Assembly (NCBI GenBank): GCA_965261005.1
Contig: OZ253375.1
Span: 1,600,001 to 1,664,000 of the forward strand
Length of the DNA stretch: 64,000 nucleotides
Direction of reading: 5' to 3'
Source: Deinococcus sp.
Lineage (GTDB): Bacteria; Deinococcota; Deinococci; Deinococcales; Deinococcaceae
Shown here: piece after piece, positions 1-10,649 of the stretch
Layout of the letters: each line of letters starts with the position of its first letter
How positions within the stretch are numbered: position 1 is the first letter of the stretch
Made by a program: the position numbers and the translations under genes
The notes under the pieces: generated by a model
What the model saw: the letters and a program-made list of their open reading frames with translations, nothing else
Database searches by the model: none
Told to the model about the DNA's origin: nothing

Positions 1-330
1 GTTTGGCAGGTGCAGTTCAACCCCTCCCTGACCAGCGAGGGCAAAGACGAGCACCCGGCGGTCATCCTCAGCATTGACGAACTCAACCGCTCGAAGATGC
101 CGCTCACGACCATCATTCCCTTCACGGGCGCGGTCCCCAAGCGCGAGGGGATGCTGAACGTCCGCGTCGAGCCGGGCGCGGAGAACGGCCTGACCAAAGT
201 GTCGTGGGCACAGCCGCACATGATTCGGGCGGTCAACAAGGACCTGCGCTTGGTGCGGCGGCGCGGTGTGCTGGAGGCAACGGACTTTGAGCGCATCGTG
301 CAGGCCGTCCGGGACGTGCTGAGCTTGTAA
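1..330 (+). CDS. PemK/MazF-family toxin (5' end outside window)
   Basis: Frame open from base 1 (VWQVQFNP...EHPAVILS...TTIIPFT...GLTKVSWAQPHMIRAV), a PemK/MazF pattern; stop TAA at 328-330. Confidence 0.8.
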   Translation, partial: VWQVQFNPSLTSEGKDEHPAVILSIDELNRSKMPLTTIIPFTGAVPKREGMLNVRVEPGAENGLTKVSWAQPHMIRAVNKDLRLVRRRGVLEATDFERIVQAVRDVLSL

Positions 331-334
331 AAAC

Positions 335-363
335 TTGACAAACCTCTTTTATCGGATCACGAT
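335..363 (+). promoter_or_regulatory. Putative sigma70 promoter for padR operon
   Basis: TTGACA at 335-340, 17-bp spacer, weak -10 CACGAT at 358-363; GGAGG RBS at 391-395. Confidence 0.5.
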
Positions 364-399
364 AGCGCCAAGCGATATAGGCATTCGATAGGAGGCGCT

Positions 400-726
400 A
401 TGGACGCAAACCTGCTCAAAGGGCACCTCGACCTCATTCTGCTGTCGGTTCTGGAGGGCGGCGAGAAGTATGGCTTGGAGATCAGCAAGGAGGCGCAGGC
501 GCGCACGGACGGCTACTTCGACTTTAAGGTGGGCAGCCTCTACCCGGCCCTGCACCGCCTGGAGCAGGCCGGCTGGCTGACAGGCAAGTTCCGCCCCGCC
601 CCACGCGGCGGCGCCCCGGTCAAGTTCTATGCGTTGACCGAGAGCGGCGCGCAGGAGCTGGCCGCCAAGCGAGAGCAATTCAAGGAATTCACCCAGAACG
701 TCGAGGCGCTGTGGAGGCCGTCATGA
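400..726 (+). CDS. PadR-family transcriptional regulator
   Basis: LLKGHLDLILLSVL...YGLEI...GSLYPALHRLE...KFYALTESG PadR signature; RBS upstream. Confidence 0.93.
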   Translation: MDANLLKGHLDLILLSVLEGGEKYGLEISKEAQARTDGYFDFKVGSLYPALHRLEQAGWLTGKFRPAPRGGAPVKFYALTESGAQELAAKREQFKEFTQNVEALWRPS

Positions 727-1817
727 GCGAAACCGAGCGTTACGTGCGGCGGGCCAGCCGGGGCCTGTGGGGCAAGAAGGCGCACGAGGTGCGGGCCGAG
801 CTGCGCGGCCACATTGAGGGGCGCGTTTTGGAGTTCCGAGCGGGCGGACTAGGTCAGGCCGAGGCGATCCGGCAAACCTTGCGCGAATTGGGCGCCCCGG
901 AGCGGGTACGGGCGGGCATGGGGCAGGTGTATTTGCTGCCGACCTTAGCGCGGTCGGGGGCGTTGGCCTTGATCGGCGCCGTACTGGCCGCGTCTTTAAT
1001 CACACAGGGCATAGCCCAAGTGCAGGCGTTCGATAAGAACCCGCCGGGCCTGCCCGAGGTCGCCCCCTATCTACGGCTGTCCGACTTACAGCAGAAGCTT
1101 CAAGAGGCCGGCCTGTCCACTCAGCTGCAAAATGGCTATTTCAGCGTCCGGCTGGAAAACGGTCGCCAGATTCTGAGGCTGCCCCTGCGAGCCGGAAACG
1201 GCCCCAACTACGGCGCCGACGAGCTGATCCGCCGGCAAAGCGATCTTTACCTGCGCTCGGACGTGCTGCTGGGGGCACTGGCAAAGACGGGCGCCTCCGT
1301 TCGCCTCGACGGCCTGGTTAATCCGACGCTCTTCATCAACGGCCACGGCATCAAATTGGGCACAACCGAGAAGCCGTTCGACGCTTCGGCCTACTTTACG
1401 GGCCGTCTCTTCGATCAGCTCAACAGAGAAGGCCAGGCGAACGTCAGAAGCCAATGGACAACAGAGGCCGGCGTACCCTACGACTTGAGCGTTCAGGGCC
1501 AGCCTGGCGATTTATTCGCAATACTGTTTGTCATTCCACGGCCTAAGATCATTAACTCTGCTGGGAATTTAGTCACCATAAATCCCGTTGGTGCTCTTCA
1601 ATTGGCACAGCTCGACGCTGAGGGCCAGCTTCACTTCCGTCTGCCCGTGAACCAACTCCGCTTTCTGGGCAGCCCAAAGGCCGTTGTAGACGCGACCTCA
1701 ACAGCGACGATTGACACCTCTCCCGCCGTCCTCCTGAAGCTCAATCGGCAGATCGGCCAAGGTGGGCAGGCGATCTACGAGATCGTGCCAGCAAGCAACC
1801 TGAGCGTTCCGAGGTGA
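723..1817 (+). CDS. Membrane-anchored protein with N-terminal 'permease prefix'/HAAS-like helical domain
   Basis: ATGA overlap with padR stop; YVRRASRGL...ELRGHI...LGAP N-terminal motif, one TM segment (ALALIGAVLAASLI), then an unrecognised C-terminal domain. Confidence 0.75.
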   Translation: MSETERYVRRASRGLWGKKAHEVRAELRGHIEGRVLEFRAGGLGQAEAIRQTLRELGAPERVRAGMGQVYLLPTLARSGALALIGAVLAASLITQGIAQVQAFDKNPPGLPEVAPYLRLSDLQQKLQEAGLSTQLQNGYFSVRLENGRQILRLPLRAGNGPNYGADELIRRQSDLYLRSDVLLGALAKTGASVRLDGLVNPTLFINGHGIKLGTTEKPFDASAYFTGRLFDQLNREGQANVRSQWTTEAGVPYDLSVQGQPGDLFAILFVIPRPKIINSAGNLVTINPVGALQLAQLDAEGQLHFRLPVNQLRFLGSPKAVVDATSTATIDTSPAVLLKLNRQIGQGGQAIYEIVPASNLSVPR

Positions 1818-1851
1818 CGGAAGGCAAGCGACGTTCGGAGTTTCAAGCTCT

Positions 1852-2187
1852 TCACCCCAGCCCCAGGTGAACCTTCAGCTTCTCGTCCAGCTCGGCAAGC
1901 AAGGCCCCCGGCAGCGCGCCGACGTAGCGGGTCAGGCGCGTCCGGTTCAGCCCGCGTACGTCATTCAACTGAATCTTGCTCGTCTCGCTCAGGCCGCAGC
2001 TGCCCAGCGGCAACAGCACGTCGAAGGCGTAGAGCTTGCGAACGTTCGACGTGATCGGCGCCACGACCAGGTGGGGCAGGCGGAGATTGGCCTCGTCGTT
2101 GGTCAGGATGACGCCCGGCCGGACGCGGGCCGGCTCGCCCTCGACGCTCGGCTCGAAGTTCACCAGGTAGAGGTCTCCTCGTTTCAC
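1852..2187 (-). CDS. PemK/MazF-family toxin
   Basis: MKRGDLYLVNFEP...RPGVILTND...VVAPITSN; GTG start overlaps antitoxin stop (GTGA). Confidence 0.92.
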   Translation of the reverse strand: MKRGDLYLVNFEPSVEGEPARVRPGVILTNDEANLRLPHLVVAPITSNVRKLYAFDVLLPLGSCGLSETSKIQLNDVRGLNRTRLTRYVGALPGALLAELDEKLKVHLGLG

Positions 2188-2423
2188 CCTTCTTCCATCG
2201 GCGCGTTCAGCCAAGGTTCCGCTTCCTCTTGCATGGCTGGGTCTTCTGCGTAGTCACGCGCGAATTCCTCATAGCTCTGGACGCGCTCGAAGCGCCGAAG
2301 AGCCTGCGCGGCGGCCTCCACGGTCGCGCTGAAGTTCGGCAGCCCGTGGGCCTGCTGGTACTGTTCGAGGTAAGCGACGATTTCGGGCGACAAGGTGACG
2401 TGCCTTCTCTGAGCATAGGTCAT
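2184..2423 (-). CDS. Cognate antitoxin (ribbon-helix-helix-like N-terminus, acidic C-terminus)
   Basis: Small ORF coupled upstream of the toxin; RHVTLSPEIVAYLEQY...FSATVEAA; acidic tail. Confidence 0.8.
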   Translation of the reverse strand: MTYAQRRHVTLSPEIVAYLEQYQQAHGLPNFSATVEAAAQALRRFERVQSYEEFARDYAEDPAMQEEAEPWLNAPMEEG

Positions 2424-2427
2424 GGAC

Positions 2428-2460
2428 AAACCTTAACACACGACCGATGTGTTAAGGTTT
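2428..2460. promoter_or_regulatory. Perfect 13-bp inverted repeat over the TA promoter (probable autoregulatory operator)
   Basis: AAACCTTAACACA-N7-TGTGTTAAGGTTT; contains minus-strand -10 TAAGGT 6 nt upstream of antitoxin ATG. Confidence 0.7.
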
Positions 2461-2590
2461 CGACGTTCGGTCCCTCTCAAGCGCCCCTCCAGCGATTCTC
2501 TACACCGGCTTTAGCCAATTGGCACGCTCAGCTCGCCCACGCGCGAAATGCTGCTTCTGTGTGGCGATCCGCCGCCGAAAGGAAGCCGAG

Positions 2591-3487
2591 ATGAGCGACA
2601 ACCAATTTGACAAACAGGACCCGACCAGCCAGTATCCCCAGCCGCCCTTTCCGCGCCAGCCGCAGGACGCGCCCGGCTCGGTTCACGACATGCAGCCGCG
2701 TCCCGACCACGGCGAGACCAGCTACCAAGGTCTCGGGCGCTTGAAGGGACGCAAGGCCCTGATCACCGGCGGCGACAGCGGCATCGGGCGGGCCACCGCC
2801 ATCGCCTACGCGCGTGAGGGGGCCGACGTGGCGATCAACTATCTGCCCGCCGAGGAAGAGGACGCGCAGGAAGTCGTGCGGCTGATCGAGGAAGCGGGGC
2901 GCAAGGCGGTCGCGCTGCCGGGGGACATCACCGACGAGGGATTTTGCCGGCAGTTGGTGGAGAACGCCGTGCGGGAACTCGGCGGGCTGGACATTCTGGT
3001 GAACAACGCCGGCAAGCAGACCGCACAGGACAGCATCGCGGACATCACGACCGAGCAGTTCGACGCCACCTTCAAGACCAACGTCTACGCGATGTTCTGG
3101 ATCACCAAGGCGGCGCTGCCGCACATGGAGGCGGGCGCGACCATTATCAACACCTCCTCCATTCAGTCGTCGCAGCCCTCGCCCAGCCTGCTCGACTACG
3201 CGCCCACCAAGGCGGCCATCGTGGCCTTTACCGAGGCGCTGGCGCAGCAGGTGGCCGAGAAGGGCATTCGCGTGAACGCCGTGGCGCCCGGCCCTTACTG
3301 GACGCCACTTCAGCCCAGCGGCGGCCAGCCGCAGGACAAGATCGAGAAGTTCGGCAAGGAGACCCCCATGGGCCGCCCCGGCCAGCCGGCCGAGATCGCG
3401 CCGCTGTACGTCTTTTTGGCGTCGCAAGAATCGAGCTACAGCACCGGCGGCGTCTTTGGCAGCACCGGCGGGCTGGTGCTCTCTTAA
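2591..3487 (+). CDS. SDR oxidoreductase (YghA/YhdF general-stress type)
   Basis: [32 protein letters not shown] motifs; Pro/Gln-rich N-terminus. Confidence 0.92.
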   Translation: MSDNQFDKQDPTSQYPQPPFPRQPQDAPGSVHDMQPRPDHGETSYQGLGRLKGRKALITGGDSGIGRATAIAYAREGADVAINYLPAEEEDAQEVVRLIEEAGRKAVALPGDITDEGFCRQLVENAVRELGGLDILVNNAGKQTAQDSIADITTEQFDATFKTNVYAMFWITKAALPHMEAGATIINTSSIQSSQPSPSLLDYAPTKAAIVAFTEALAQQVAEKGIRVNAVAPGPYWTPLQPSGGQPQDKIEKFGKETPMGRPGQPAEIAPLYVFLASQESSYSTGGVFGSTGGLVLS

Positions 3488-3526
3488 AAAACTGGTGCTT
3501 TTTTAAAGAATGAACGGCGTGCGGGG

Positions 3527-3555
3527 AGGCGTCCCGGTTGACCCACGGGACGCCT
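3527..3555. terminator. Hairpin between convergent genes
   Basis: AGGCGTCCCG-N9-CGGGACGCCT. Confidence 0.6.
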
Positions 3556-4553
3556 TACTCTTCGCTTAACGCGCCCACCCACAGAAACGCGCCCACGTCC
3601 TCACGACCGCCCCGCTCGGCGCTGCGCCGGGCCGCCGCGTTGTCGTGGTGAATGGTGCCGCAGAGCGCGTCCCCCACCTCCGCCGGCAAGCGCTCGATCA
3701 GGTGGCGGCCCACCGCCGGCCCCCAGCCCCGGCCCCTATGTGCGCCGTCCAGAAACATCTCGACCACCACGAAGCCGCGCAGGCCCTCCTTTTCCGAGCG
3801 CGTCGCGGCCACCACGCCCGCCGGGGCGCCGTCCACGCGCACCTCGAACAGCAGACCCTCGTGCCGGTACTCGGCCAGGTCATCTTTGCTTTCGATGCGC
3901 GCGAAGTCGCGGTGTTCGGGGTGGGACTCGAAGAGCGTTTCATACTCGCGGGCGTAGCGCGGGTAAAAGGCCAGGTCCGCCGGCACCTCCAGCGTCACGC
4001 GCTCAAACCGGGGCGGGAAGGGCCGGGCGCGCAGCTCGGCAAGAGGCGCGGCGAGAAGGTGTACGTCCCAATGCGAGCCGGGCGGTAAGGCTTCCAGCTC
4101 CACGGCGACGCCCGCCGGAACAAAGACCCGCACGTGCTTGGGCGAAAAGGCGGCGTACTGCCCATGCAAAAAGGCCGCCGCCTCGCGCAGCCCCCGCGCG
4201 CCCGGCAGGGACGCCGTGTGGGCCGCGACCGTGACAAAGGGGCGGGCCAAGTCCAGCCCCCGAAAGCGAATGCCGACCAGGGCCGTGCCGAGGCCGGGCA
4301 CGTCCAATACGCGGTTCTTGTAGGCGTCCGCCGAAATCACGCCGGCGACGGGCACGTGCTGATGAAAGAGGGCGGCGAGGTCATCGCTGAACACGCGCTC
4401 AACCTCGCCTGCGAGATCGGCGCGTAACTGGGCACGCAACTCGTCCTGGCTGTACCAGCACTTCAGGTTGGAGGGGGCTTGGCTGAGCTTGGCGCCCGCG
4501 AAGAGGTCGAGCAGGGCGGCCTCATCGGCGGGCTGGGCAGAAGAAAATGGCAC
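3555..4553 (-). CDS. Protein with C-terminal GNAT acetyltransferase domain
   Basis: HRGRGWG motif A and HDNAAARR motif B; AAGGAG RBS before GTG. Confidence 0.75.
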   Translation of the reverse strand: MPFSSAQPADEAALLDLFAGAKLSQAPSNLKCWYSQDELRAQLRADLAGEVERVFSDDLAALFHQHVPVAGVISADAYKNRVLDVPGLGTALVGIRFRGLDLARPFVTVAAHTASLPGARGLREAAAFLHGQYAAFSPKHVRVFVPAGVAVELEALPPGSHWDVHLLAAPLAELRARPFPPRFERVTLEVPADLAFYPRYAREYETLFESHPEHRDFARIESKDDLAEYRHEGLLFEVRVDGAPAGVVAATRSEKEGLRGFVVVEMFLDGAHRGRGWGPAVGRHLIERLPAEVGDALCGTIHHDNAAARRSAERGGREDVGAFLWVGALSEE

Positions 4554-4684
4554 GGGTTGCTCCTTGACGGTGAAAAGGGGCGTCGGGTCGGCGAGACATT
4601 GATTGGATGCGGACCATACGACCTCCTTCTCCGCGAGGAAACGCTGTGCGGTGAGGAGAGTTTACAACAGGGCGGGGTGGCTCC

Positions 4685-5098
4685 TCAGCCGAGCGCCCTT
4701 ACGCCTAAATTCTGGTAGAAGCGTAAAACGTACCCGTCCGGGTCGGTCAGGACGAACTGGCGGTTACCGACCTCCTCGCCTCCCCGGCGATACCAACGCT
4801 CCTCCATCGGCAAGAAGATGGGCGCCCCAGCGGCCTGAACGCGGCCGTACAGCGCGTCCACGTCGTCCACCTGAATTTGCAAATTGAGGCCGCGCCCGAA
4901 GGGGTAAGCCGGTACGCCGTGAACCAAGCGAATCTCCGCGTGCGTGAGCATCAGCTCGGCGCCGTTCAGATCGAGGTAGGTGAAGCGCTCCTCGGGACGG
5001 TCGTAGCGCACGGCGAAGCCCAGCACCCCGGTGTAGAAGGTCAGGCTCGCCTCAAATTTGGAGCAGGCCAACTCGGGGACGATTTTGGGTCCGGTTAT
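4685..5098 (-). CDS. VOC/glyoxalase bleomycin-resistance family protein (ATA start codon)
   Basis: PKIVPEL...FYTGVLGF...YPFGRGLNLQI...RQFVLTDPDGYVLRF; GGAG lies 8 nt before ATA at the expected Met position. Confidence 0.8.
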   Translation of the reverse strand: MTGPKIVPELACSKFEASLTFYTGVLGFAVRYDRPEERFTYLDLNGAELMLTHAEIRLVHGVPAYPFGRGLNLQIQVDDVDALYGRVQAAGAPIFLPMEERWYRRGGEEVGNRQFVLTDPDGYVLRFYQNLGVRALG

Positions 5099-5198
5099 GT
5101 GGTCTTCTCCTGTAGGGCTAGCGTAGCAACTCAAGCTAGCCCTACAGTTGCCAGACCGCCGATAATGTATAGAATTTTGTACAGGATGGGTCGCAACC

Positions 5199-5357
5199 AT
5201 AACTGATACCGAAATCCGCCACGTCACGCCGCCCGGCGCGAACCTCTTCTCGGAGTTGGGCTTCTCACCCGAGGAGGCCGAGCGTCTGAGCGCTGCCCTC
5301 CAAGCAGAAGTAGATCAAGCGCTGGCCCTCAAGCGACAGCTGAAAAGTCGGGGCTGA
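5199..5357 (+). pseudogene. Truncated XRE/HigA-like antitoxin fragment
   Basis: Reads ITDTEIRHVTPPGANLFSELGFSPEEAERL...LKRQLKSRG*; resembles the N-terminus of HTH_37-type antitoxins but lacks the HTH and an in-frame ATG. Confidence 0.6.
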
Positions 5358-5371
5358 TACACTTCTGATCA

Positions 5372-6118
5372 ATGAAGCCCACCGTTCTGATTACCGGCGC
5401 CAGTCGCGGCATTGGCGCAGCCACCGCCATCAAAGCGGCCGAACAGGGATACGCCGTCGTGGTCAACTACCTTCAAGATGAGCTGGCCGCCCACGAAGTA
5501 GTACGCAGAATCCGTGCAACTGACGGTGAAGCCGTTACCGTCCAGGGCAGCGTAACCGAACAGGACGATGTGCGGCGCATGTTCGACGAAGGGCAGCGCC
5601 ACTTTGGGTCGGTTTCCTTTGTGGTCAACAATGCGGGTATCACCGGTCGGCTTGGCCCGTTTTCCGACGCCAGCATGGGCAGCATCCAAACGCTGCTCGA
5701 TGTCAACGTCGTAGGAACCATGCGCTGCTCACAAGAGGCATTGAGGCGATGGCAAGCCGACGGGACGGCCGGAGTGATTGTCAACGTTTCCTCAGGCGCG
5801 GCGAAAACGGGAAGCCCCGGCGAGTACGTCCACTACGCAGCGAGCAAGGCGGCCATAGATGCCTTCACCGCAGGGCTTGGCAAGGAAGTGGCGCCTTTGG
5901 GCATTCGGGTGTGCGGCGTCGCCCCCGGCGTTACCCTCACGGATATTCACGCGGCGGCGGGCGACCCGGACAGACCGCGCCGCATCGCTCCAAAGATTCC
6001 CCTGGGGCGATTGGCCCAACCGCAGGAGATCGCGGAAGCCATCGTGTGGCTGCTCAGCCCGGCAGCGTCTTACCTAACGGCGACGACCATCCAGTGCAGC
6101 GGGGGACTGACTTCCTGA
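5372..6118 (+). CDS. SDR oxidoreductase
   Basis: VLITGASRGIG, NNAG, YAASK motifs. Confidence 0.92.
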   Translation: MKPTVLITGASRGIGAATAIKAAEQGYAVVVNYLQDELAAHEVVRRIRATDGEAVTVQGSVTEQDDVRRMFDEGQRHFGSVSFVVNNAGITGRLGPFSDASMGSIQTLLDVNVVGTMRCSQEALRRWQADGTAGVIVNVSSGAAKTGSPGEYVHYAASKAAIDAFTAGLGKEVAPLGIRVCGVAPGVTLTDIHAAAGDPDRPRRIAPKIPLGRLAQPQEIAEAIVWLLSPAASYLTATTIQCSGGLTS

Positions 6119-6149
6119 GCGCTTGACTTCGTACCTCAATACAAACAGA

Positions 6150-6178
6150 GGGGCGGCAAGCCCACGCCCGCCGCCCCC
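6150..6178. terminator. Hairpin between convergent SDR gene and secA
   Basis: GGGGCGGC...GCCGCCCC stem. Confidence 0.5.
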
Positions 6179-6189
6179 CTCTCCCCTTC

Positions 6190-8796
<2,607 letters not shown>

Positions 8797-8876
8797 TGCC
8801 TGAAGTATACCGCCCCGAGATTAGGTGTGAGCGCGAGGGACTGAGCTTTGATGAGAGCGGGGTTTGACAAGAAGGG

Positions 8877-9863
8877 CTAGACGGTCGCCAACGGCAAGTA
8901 CGCCACCGCCCCCACGTCGAGCTTGCTCGGTTCCCGTCCCGCCGCAATGGCCGCCGCCCCGGCGAGGGCAATCATGGCGCCGTTGTCGGTGTTGAGGCCC
9001 TTCGGGGGAAAGAAGACCCGCAAGCCGGCCTGCGAAAAAGCTTCGCGCAGGGCCTGGTTCGCCGCCACGCCGCCCGAGACCACCAGCGTTTCCCGGCTGA
9101 GGTGTCGCGCGGCGCGCAGGGTCGTGTTCACCAGCGTTTGCACCGCCACCCTTTGAAAGCTGGCGGCGAGGTCCTCCGGCCGCGCGCCCGCCTTGTGGGC
9201 CAGCAGCGCCGCCGTCTTGAGACCGCTGAAGGAGAAGTCGAAGCCCGCCTGACCGCGCATCGGCTCGGAAAAGGGGACGGCGCCCGGATCGCCGTTCTTC
9301 GCCGCCTCCGCGATGGCGGGGCCGCCGGGAAAGCCCAGGCCCGCGAGGCGCGCCACCTTGTCGAAGGCCTCCCCCGCCGCGTCGTCGCGGGTGGCGCCGA
9401 CCAAGCGGTACTCGCCGGCGTGCGGCACGTCAAAGAGGTGGGTGTGGCCCCCCGACACGACCAGGGCCAGGTAAGGGGGCGTGAGGTCGGTCTGGCTGGC
9501 CGCCGCGTAGATGTGCCCCTCCAGGTGGTGAACGGCATAAAAGGGCTTTTTTAAGCCGACCGCGAGACCCTTGGCGTACATCAGCCCGACCAGCAGCGCG
9601 CCGATGAGGCCGGGGCCGTTCGTCGCGGCGATGGCGTCCACGTCCCGCAAGGTGACGCCGGCCTCCTCCAAGGCGCTCTCCGTCACGCCGTCAATGCGCT
9701 CGACGTGTTCGCGCGAGGCCAGTTCGGGCATCACGCCGCCGTAGCTGGCGTGGATTTGCTGGGTCCAGATCTGGTTGGCGACCACTTGCGCCACACCGTC
9801 TTCCAGCCGCACCAGGCCGACGCCGGTGTCATCGCAGGAGGTGTCAATGCCGAGGATGAGCAT
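8877..9863 (-). CDS. tsaD: tRNA N6-adenosine threonylcarbamoyltransferase
   Basis: MLILGIDTSCDDT, HHLEGH, VSGGHT, DDAAGEAFDK, TDNGAMIA; TATGCT 6 nt before ATG. Confidence 0.97.
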   Translation of the reverse strand: MLILGIDTSCDDTGVGLVRLEDGVAQVVANQIWTQQIHASYGGVMPELASREHVERIDGVTESALEEAGVTLRDVDAIAATNGPGLIGALLVGLMYAKGLAVGLKKPFYAVHHLEGHIYAAASQTDLTPPYLALVVSGGHTHLFDVPHAGEYRLVGATRDDAAGEAFDKVARLAGLGFPGGPAIAEAAKNGDPGAVPFSEPMRGQAGFDFSFSGLKTAALLAHKAGARPEDLAASFQRVAVQTLVNTTLRAARHLSRETLVVSGGVAANQALREAFSQAGLRVFFPPKGLNTDNGAMIALAGAAAIAAGREPSKLDVGAVAYLPLATV

Positions 9864-9902
9864 GGCGGCAGCATAGCGCGACAACAATGTTAGAATCGGG
9901 CC

Positions 9903-10133
9903 ATGAAGCTTAAAGTGCGTCGCATCGGTAACAGCCGTGGGGTCATTCTGCCCCAGCACGTCGCCGACGCCCTGGGGGACGAGGTCGAGCTGACCATTAT
10001 CGGCTCCACGGCAGTGCTGTCCCACACGGAGGCGCCGGACTCGGAAACGCGAGCGGCGCTGGCCTACGCGAGCGTCAAAAAGAGCCGGGACGGCCTGTTC
10101 CGGCGCCTGGCCTCGCAAGACGAGGAGCGCTGA
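9903..10133 (+). CDS. AbrB/MazE/SpoVT-family antitoxin
   Basis: KVRRIGNSRGVILP motif; TAGAAT 6 nt before ATG; directly upstream of Doc toxin. Confidence 0.85.
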   Translation: MKLKVRRIGNSRGVILPQHVADALGDEVELTIIGSTAVLSHTEAPDSETRAALAYASVKKSRDGLFRRLASQDEER

Positions 10134-10135
10134 GC

Positions 10136-10513
10136 TTGCTCGGCGTTGCGTTCGTTCTGAGCATCCACGCCGATCAGATCGCGGCCTACGGCGGCCTGAC
10201 CGGCGTGCGCGACCTCGCCAGTTTGGAAAGCGCCCTGGCACAGGTGGACTTGGAGGTCTTCAAAGAACAACTGCACCCCGCGCCGGAGTTGAGGGCCGCC
10301 GCCCTGCTCTACCACGTCATCCGCAACCACCCGTTTATAGACGGCAACAAGCGCACCGCCTGGGCCGCCACGGAAGTTCAGCTCTTGCTGGAGGGCTTCG
10401 CGCTCGACCTAGACGATGACGCGATCTACACGCTCGTCAACGAGGTTGCCGCCGGCAAGTACGACAAGGAGCACTTGGCCGGAGTGCTGCTACAAGCCAT
10501 GCGCCCCGCCTAG
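10136..10513 (+). CDS. Doc (death-on-curing) Fic-family toxin
   Basis: HPFIDGNKRTA Doc-type motif; GGLTGVRD; GAGGAG RBS. Confidence 0.9.
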   Translation: MLGVAFVLSIHADQIAAYGGLTGVRDLASLESALAQVDLEVFKEQLHPAPELRAAALLYHVIRNHPFIDGNKRTAWAATEVQLLLEGFALDLDDDAIYTLVNEVAAGKYDKEHLAGVLLQAMRPA

Positions 10514-10649
10514 AGCATTTGTCAGAAGTATTGAGCGTCCTTCTCAATACTTCCCGAGTGGAACGAGTAGCAAGAGGAGGGCATTTGGCAATGGCATGGA
10601 GCGGCGCAGGCGAAGCCGGAGGCGCGCAATAGAATTGCCAGATGCCCTA
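10511..10649 (-). repeat. 139-bp Deinococcus SNR/SRE-like structured repeat (copy A)
   Basis: Imperfect inverted termini TAGAGCATTTGTCA / TGCCAGATGCCCTA; hairpin GAAGTATTGAG..CTCAATACTTC; core CTACTCGTTCCACTCGG on minus strand. Confidence 0.75.
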
